From: Diplonema japonicum
Taxonomy: Eukaryota > Protista > Euglenozoa: Diplonemea
NCBI GenBank assembly: GCA_964019335.1
Contig: OZ025682.1
Span: forward strand, 372,001 to 436,000
Length of the DNA stretch: 64,000 nucleotides
Direction: 5' to 3'
The notes under the pieces are model-generated. The model made no database searches. It was not told the DNA's origin and saw nothing but the letters and a program-made list of their open reading frames with translations. Shown here piece after piece: positions 58,578 to 64,000 of the stretch; position 1 is the stretch's first letter; each line of letters starts with the position of its first letter. A program made the position numbers and the translations under genes.

Positions 58578-59003
58578 GAAAAAAAAAGTTTTTTTTTATT
58601 CCTTGCATGAACTTTTTGAACGCGTTTTGAGGAAGCTTTCCAGCTTTCTTTACAATCACCCCCCCCCCCCCCCCCCCTCCCCTCATTTATTTTTATTCTT
58701 TTTGGAGGAATCTTTTTTTTTAACTTTTTTTTTTATTTGTGCAACTGGCAGTACAAACCTAAATGTTTTCAAACTTAACTGTTCCTTTCTTCTTCTTTCC
58801 TTTTTTTTGAGGGGGAAGGCAAAAAACACGCTTTTCAGTAACATTTCTTTTTTTTTTTTTTTTTTGTAAAACGATGAAGCGACGGTGTAAATGACAAAAA
58901 AAAAAAGTTGACTGAAAACGTTGATTTGTTCCATCCCCCCCTTTTTTTTTTCCTTGAATCTTCATGAAAATAATAGAGAATAAAAGAAAAAAAAAACTCG
59001 ATG

Positions 59004-59200
59004 ATTTAAAGGAAGCCGGTGGGGGCACCCTGCACAAGCACCATTTACTTGATTACAGGGGGCGCACCTCGGCCTAGCTGTAGCTTCTTCTGCGTTCCGC
59101 GTCGTGTCCTTAATGCGTGCGGTGTGCAGCTCAACCCCAGCCGGGGCGCCCCGGGTAACCAAGATTCTGAACCCGTGTAGTTTGCTGCCTGTTCGCCACC
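59004..59200 (-). repeat. ~190-bp dispersed GC-rich repeat, copy B (inverted relative to copy A)
   Basis: Reverse complement aligns with 43139-43325, with scattered substitutions and small indels. Confidence 0.85.
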
Positions 59201-59758
59201 CAGAGCATCTGCTTCTTCCACTTGGGCGCTACCGGTGATGACCGACGAGGAGGTCAACAGCGAACAACACATCTGATGTACTTCTTTATATTTCCATGTT
59301 ATCCCCACCACCAAGAAAAAGGACGAACACAAAGGAAAGGGGGAGGAAGAAAAAAAAAAGAACTGCGATTTACGAATTTCCTCCAGTTCCCCTCCCCCCA
59401 TTCCAGTTTATTTTCTTTTTTCCACTATTCTACTCGGCACGTACCCAACATGAACAGGGGGAGTGGTTAACACCGCAGAAGAGCCCATGCCTGTGTAAAG
59501 GCCGTAACAGAATTCACAGCAGCTGCTATTGCCGTTGCCTGCCGTGACCTATTATGTGGGATCGCGTATTCTACAACAGAAGCCACCCAGATACCTTGCT
59601 TGACAGCTTAAGTGCGTGTTCTTTCAGAAAGAAGGGGTGCTTTTCAGCACCGTTTTCAACACGATATCGATAGTAAAAAAGAAGAAAAAAAAAAACTTTT
59701 TTTTTCTCTTTCTTTCTTTCTTTCGAATGAGGTCTTTGAGAAGGGAAACAAAAAAAAA

Positions 59759-61630
59759 ATGAAAGCTTCGGTGAAAATAAAGAGCTGCAAAGGAAATCGC
59801 AGCTATCTAGGGCTGGAACACGCCGTCGAGGGAGCAGGGATAGGCGCGTGGTTCAGAGTTGAAAGAAATGGCATCACCACTGCATGTGAAGCACGTGGGG
59901 AAGGGTGGTGGCTGGATGACCGGACAGGAGGCATCTTGGGCATACAAAATGAGGGTGAAGTCACCATCGAGAAAATAGACGGCACGTCAGAAGTACCTGA
60001 CCTCCAAGTCACTCTGCCCAGCGACTTTCCTTTGAAGAGCGACATGGAACTCCGACTGCTGCTGATAAACCGAAGGGTGTGCAGCCCTTGCTGCACCGTG
60101 CCACTTGTGTTTTACTCAAAGTGCTACCCTGTTGAAATCCGATGCACTTCGTCAGGCAACATAACGCCCCAAACAAAAATATCCACAACAAGCGCAGCAA
60201 AACCGGTCCCATTAGTGGTTGTCCCGCCCATTTCCTCCCCCGGTGCGTACCTCGTACAGGGCCCTTCTGGGACGGGGAAAACACATCTTTGTGATGAGCT
60301 TTGCAAAGCGAACCAATCGAGGTCGATCTCTCTAACTGTACCCGAGCTTTTCAGAAGAGCATCTCATGGAGGCACAGCTGCGGTCGGCGTGCTTATACGC
60401 GAAGTGTTCAAAAGGTACAGCGTCGTGGTAATTGAAGGCGTGGACAGGCTCATACTAGACAACCCTGTAGCGAGGGTTGCCGGGTTGCAGCTTGCAACGG
60501 AACTTTCGAAACGAGTTGGAGACGCGAATTGCATCACGGTGGGGACATGCGGGGAATGGCGTGGGGTGGAATCTATACTCCGCGGACCAAGCGCGTTCAG
60601 CTCCGTCATCACACTGTCCCCACCCACCACTGCAGAACGAGCAAAGCTCGTCGCTCAACAACGACCCGACCTGGACACGGAACAGGTGGGCTCCATCGCG
60701 CGAGCAACACCATCCTACCTCCCAGCACAGTTGAAAAACATCCTCACTCACAGCGATCCTTTCTCGCAGCTGTCTTCTATCGCTTCAGAAGCCTCTCCCA
60801 CAGTTCCGTTGCACGGGGCTGCGCTGCCGGAAGGCGTCCCGCCTTGGATGTGGGGGTATTTCAGCCACCTTTCAAATGTTAGCTCCATTACCAAAACGAT
60901 ACACGACGTGCTCGTGGCTCCGTTGATAGAAGGAAGCCGCCCCGTGAAGGGGATCCTTTTCCACGGAGAGCCTGGGACGGGCAAGACAGAGCTCGCAGCG
61001 TGCGTGGCAAGGTTGCTGACAGACGTTCGATCTGCTTCTCAAAAAATCGAGGTTTTCGGGAAGGTTGAGTGCGTGGCTACTAGTATTATATCGAAGGTGG
61101 TGGGGGGCTCCGAGGGGAACATCAAGCAGCTCTTTGACAAGGCACGCTCTGCCGCCCCTTGTGTCCTCCTCATTGATCAGTTTGAAGCGTTGGCAGTAAA
61201 ACGTGGGCTGCAAACTGTTTCGAAGTCTCTTGACAGAACCCTGTCGACGCTGCTTACAGAGATGGACGGGGTTGCAGGGGATCCAACGGCGCCGCCTGTC
61301 ATTGTGTTGGCATGTACTTCGCAGAAGGATCTTTTGGACCCTGCTGTACTTCGGAGTGGGCGGTTGGATATCCACATCCGCACGCCGGAGTCGAATGCTG
61401 AGTCGTTGCTCCCGGTTCTGTCCACGCACCTTCTTCCCTTTGCGCCTGCTGACGCACACGCTGAGCTCTCGTCGCTGTTCTCTTCAACTCTCTCAAACAG
61501 ACTCTTCACGTACGCAGACATCCACGGTGTTATTAACGAAACAAAAATGAACGCTCTCCGCCGGGCGCTTCGTTCCAGTTCCGAACCTTCCGTTTCGGTC
61601 GGTGACTACAAGACAGCGTTGGGAGTGTGA
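59759..61630 (+). CDS. Type II (two-domain) AAA+ protein, CDC48/AFG2/PEX-like, with degenerate Walker B motifs
   Basis: Walker A GPSGTGKT and GEPGTGKT; LSTLLTEMDG; SRH LDPAVLRSGRLD; Walker B read VVVIEG and LLIDQ. Start taken at the first ATG after the A-run. Confidence 0.85.
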   Translation: MKASVKIKSCKGNRSYLGLEHAVEGAGIGAWFRVERNGITTACEARGEGWWLDDRTGGILGIQNEGEVTIEKIDGTSEVPDLQVTLPSDFPLKSDMELRLLLINRRVCSPCCTVPLVFYSKCYPVEIRCTSSGNITPQTKISTTSAAKPVPLVVVPPISSPGAYLVQGPSGTGKTHLCDELCKANQSRSISLTVPELFRRASHGGTAAVGVLIREVFKRYSVVVIEGVDRLILDNPVARVAGLQLATELSKRVGDANCITVGTCGEWRGVESILRGPSAFSSVITLSPPTTAERAKLVAQQRPDLDTEQVGSIARATPSYLPAQLKNILTHSDPFSQLSSIASEASPTVPLHGAALPEGVPPWMWGYFSHLSNVSSITKTIHDVLVAPLIEGSRPVKGILFHGEPGTGKTELAACVARLLTDVRSASQKIEVFGKVECVATSIISKVVGGSEGNIKQLFDKARSAAPCVLLIDQFEALAVKRGLQTVSKSLDRTLSTLLTEMDGVAGDPTAPPVIVLACTSQKDLLDPAVLRSGRLDIHIRTPESNAESLLPVLSTHLLPFAPADAHAELSSLFSSTLSNRLFTYADIHGVINETKMNALRRALRSSSEPSVSVGDYKTALGV

Positions 61631-61724
61631 TAGGGTTTCATCATATTTCCCTTTTTTTTTTATATTTTTTTTATGAGTATTCCCAAGCTTCTTTTTTTTT
61701 GCAGGGGGGGGGAAGAGAGAACAC

Positions 61725-63028
61725 ATGTCTGTCGCACTCCCTGTCCTCGGCAAGCCCCGCGAAAAACCCGCCAAAAAAACAAAGAAAAAGAGATCGCAAA
61801 GCGTAGTTGGCAACCACACGAGGGAAAAGACCGGCGATCCTGTAGTGCGGTCAGGGACATCGATGGAAGGAAAGCTGGAGTTTAGTCCGACAGGGATACC
61901 ATGGCTGGACACAATGCGCAGTGATATGAAAACAGAGCTGCAAGAGACAAGATTCGCAGGGGAGCGGGTAGGGGCACACGCTGCGTTCATATCCAAATTC
62001 GCACCGAATCTGGGAGGGAGCAACACCGCTACAGGGGAGACCCCAGCGAAGCCACAGAGGAACACGAACACCAATCTCTCCCCCTTGAGGAGCAAACCCT
62101 CTACAAAAACTCGCTCTGTTGCTGGATTTGGTCCTGGGAACCCTGTGAACGTGCCTTACACACCATCGGTAAATACAACTAGCCACACTGCCCAATCCCA
62201 GACCAAGCAGCCCATGACCCTGCGGGACTACCAAATGCTCGCGCTTGCATGCCAACGCGGAGGGAAGGGGAAGACCGAGGCCAGCACGTACTACAAAATG
62301 GGAGAGCTCTGTAGCAGCTCACCCGACACGCTTCGAAAAGCCGGGAAGTACTTTGAACGGTACTACAACTTGTGCAAGCGACTGAAGGACGCAGCTGGCG
62401 AGGCGAAAGCGTTGAACTGCCTCGGCATCGCACACCAAACGGCAGGCGATCTCAACGCAGCACTGCAGTACCACGAAGCGCACCTAGAGGTAGCTGACTC
62501 GTCAACCCTGTTCATTGCTCATACGAATATCGGGATCGTGAAAGGGTTGCTTGGGGACTTTGAAGGGGCGATGGAAACGCATAAAAGCGCGATGCAGTGT
62601 GCGATACGGTCAGGCGACAAGCAGGCAGAGCTCCTTGCGTTGGCAAACCTCGGGCTGGTAGGGAAGGAGCAGAAGGACTACAACACAGCGCAGGTGTGAG
62701 GGGAAGAGGGGAAAAAAAAAGAAATACCAAACAGCTATGCATGTCCCGGCACCTCGAGCTTGCTCAGGTTATCAACGACCCTGACGCACAGCATGATGCT
62801 TACGAACAACTCGCCTTGCTACAGTCGGAACAGCACGACTGGAACAGCGCCCACAAGTACTTCAACGATGCCCGCCAGCTTGCTGCCAGGAACGCTGGCA
62901 CCTCTCCAGATGCACTTGTGCGGAACGATAAGTTAAAATGCAAGCTCGGCATCACCAAGGCGTCTGGCGAGATGGAGTCCCACTTCCGGGAGATCGCCGA
63001 AAAGATGCGGGTCCCAACCACCGCTTAG
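61725..63028 (+). CDS. Tetratricopeptide-repeat protein; exons 61725-62693 and 62735-63028
   Basis: TPR motifs (EAKALNCLGIAHQTAGDLNAALQYH, AHTNIGIV...GDFEGAMETH, ALANLGLV). A 41-nt purine-rich intron GTGTGA...AAACAG (62694-62734) joins the two ORFs in frame. Confidence 0.85.
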
Positions 63029-63219
63029 AACGAGGTGGTTGGAGAGTATCCACAATGAGAAAACCCCTATCCACTCCCCTTTTACCTTCCGGTAAAAAGC
63101 ATGGAAAAAAAAAAAAAAAAAAAAAAAAAAAAGAAGCGAAGTAGTTTCTTTCCCCAGTCTCCTTTGCGTTATTTTTCTTTGCGTTGCGCAGCCTTCTGCC
63201 TCCCCAACACCTCGCAGGC

Positions 63220-64000
63220 ATGAAGCGGCACGTTGAGGTCGCTGTCAGAGTGCGGCCGCCCAATGAACGGGAGAAGTACGCCGAGAGCTGTGTGCATCAT
63301 GATGAGAACAGCATCACCATCACAGATGAGCATGGGGAACCATCTGCCTTTGCGTTTGACAAGGTGTTCGGAATGGATGAGGCGCAGAAGGATTTGTACC
63401 AAGAGTCCGTCGCTGAGGTGGTGGACAGTGTGCTGTGCGGGTCGCACGCCATCGTGTTCGCCTACGGGCAGACAGGGTCCGGGAAGACACACACCATGTT
63501 GGGCGAGGTCAACGGGCCTGTAGTCACCGAACAGACAGGTGTGTTCTTCAGGCTGCTGGCAGACCTCGTAGCTTACAAGACAAGCAGACAGAACGAGCTG
63601 AAGACAGACATCATCCTTAGCGCAATCGAGGTGTACAATGACGAGCCTCGTGACCTTTTGGGGAAACGAGCTGTCATGAAAATTCGCGAAGCCGGCGATG
63701 CATGTATGTGCGCAGGGTTGACAACGAGATCAGTTCACAGTCTACAAGACGCTTTGGAGGTCTACAGGACAGCGGAGGGACAACGTGCATCGTGCAGCAC
63801 GTCAATGAATGCGCGCTCCAGCAGGAGCCACGCCATGTTCGTCATAGACGTTTCGCAAATCCCGCTCAGCGGTGACTCCCCGAAGATGTCCCGCGTGTGC
63901 ATCGTGGACCTTGCGGGGAGCGAGCGGATCAAACGTTCAGGAGTGCAAGGAGCCGCTCTTGATGAAGCGAAGCACATCAACAAGTCCCTTTCCACGATGG
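63220..64000 (+). CDS. Kinesin with N-terminal motor domain, 3'-truncated (absent from the ORF track)
   Basis: MKRHVEVAVRVRP, FAFDKVF, FAYGQTGSGKTHTM, NARSSRSHAMF, IVDLAGSER and HINKSLST; open to the window end. Confidence 0.92.
   Translation, partial: MKRHVEVAVRVRPPNEREKYAESCVHHDENSITITDEHGEPSAFAFDKVFGMDEAQKDLYQESVAEVVDSVLCGSHAIVFAYGQTGSGKTHTMLGEVNGPVVTEQTGVFFRLLADLVAYKTSRQNELKTDIILSAIEVYNDEPRDLLGKRAVMKIREAGDACMCAGLTTRSVHSLQDALEVYRTAEGQRASCSTSMNARSSRSHAMFVIDVSQIPLSGDSPKMSRVCIVDLAGSERIKRSGVQGAALDEAKHINKSLSTM

Overview
Eukaryotic, most likely euglenozoan (diplonemid-like) nuclear DNA; the taxon is inferred, not confirmed. About 18 protein genes all lie on the + strand, separated by spacers rich in A, T, C and G homopolymer runs. 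Most genes have a pyrimidine tract plus YAG shortly upstream, as expected for polycistronic transcription with SL trans-splicing. Several split ORFs are joined in frame by very short (29-56 nt) GT(A/G)T...AG introns whose 3' ends are A- or AC-rich rather than pyrimidine-rich. Genes in order: 5'-truncated hypothetical protein; ankyrin-repeat multi-pass membrane protein; SMYD-like SET protein; F-box/degenerate MYND-MSS51-like protein; coiled-coil protein; secreted M28 leucyl aminopeptidase; bubblegum-type acyl-CoA ligase; kinesin-14 fused to an EB1-type CH domain; acylated double-SMP extended-synaptotagmin-like protein; PPP1R36-like protein; Cys-to-Ser pseudo-metacaspase; three tandem mosaic ~2,200-aa type I surface proteins (PAN, LamG, C-type lectin, EGF, two VWD/GDPH domains, acidic tail); PQ-loop transporter; WD40 protein with a defective piggyBac in its first intron; type II AAA protein with degenerate Walker B motifs; TPR protein; 3'-truncated N-terminal-motor kinesin. 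Non-coding elements include a 726-bp MITE-like element, a ~190-bp dispersed repeat in two orientations, an LSU rRNA fragment and a covarying hairpin in three copies. Family assignments come from motif recognition by eye; no database search was run.
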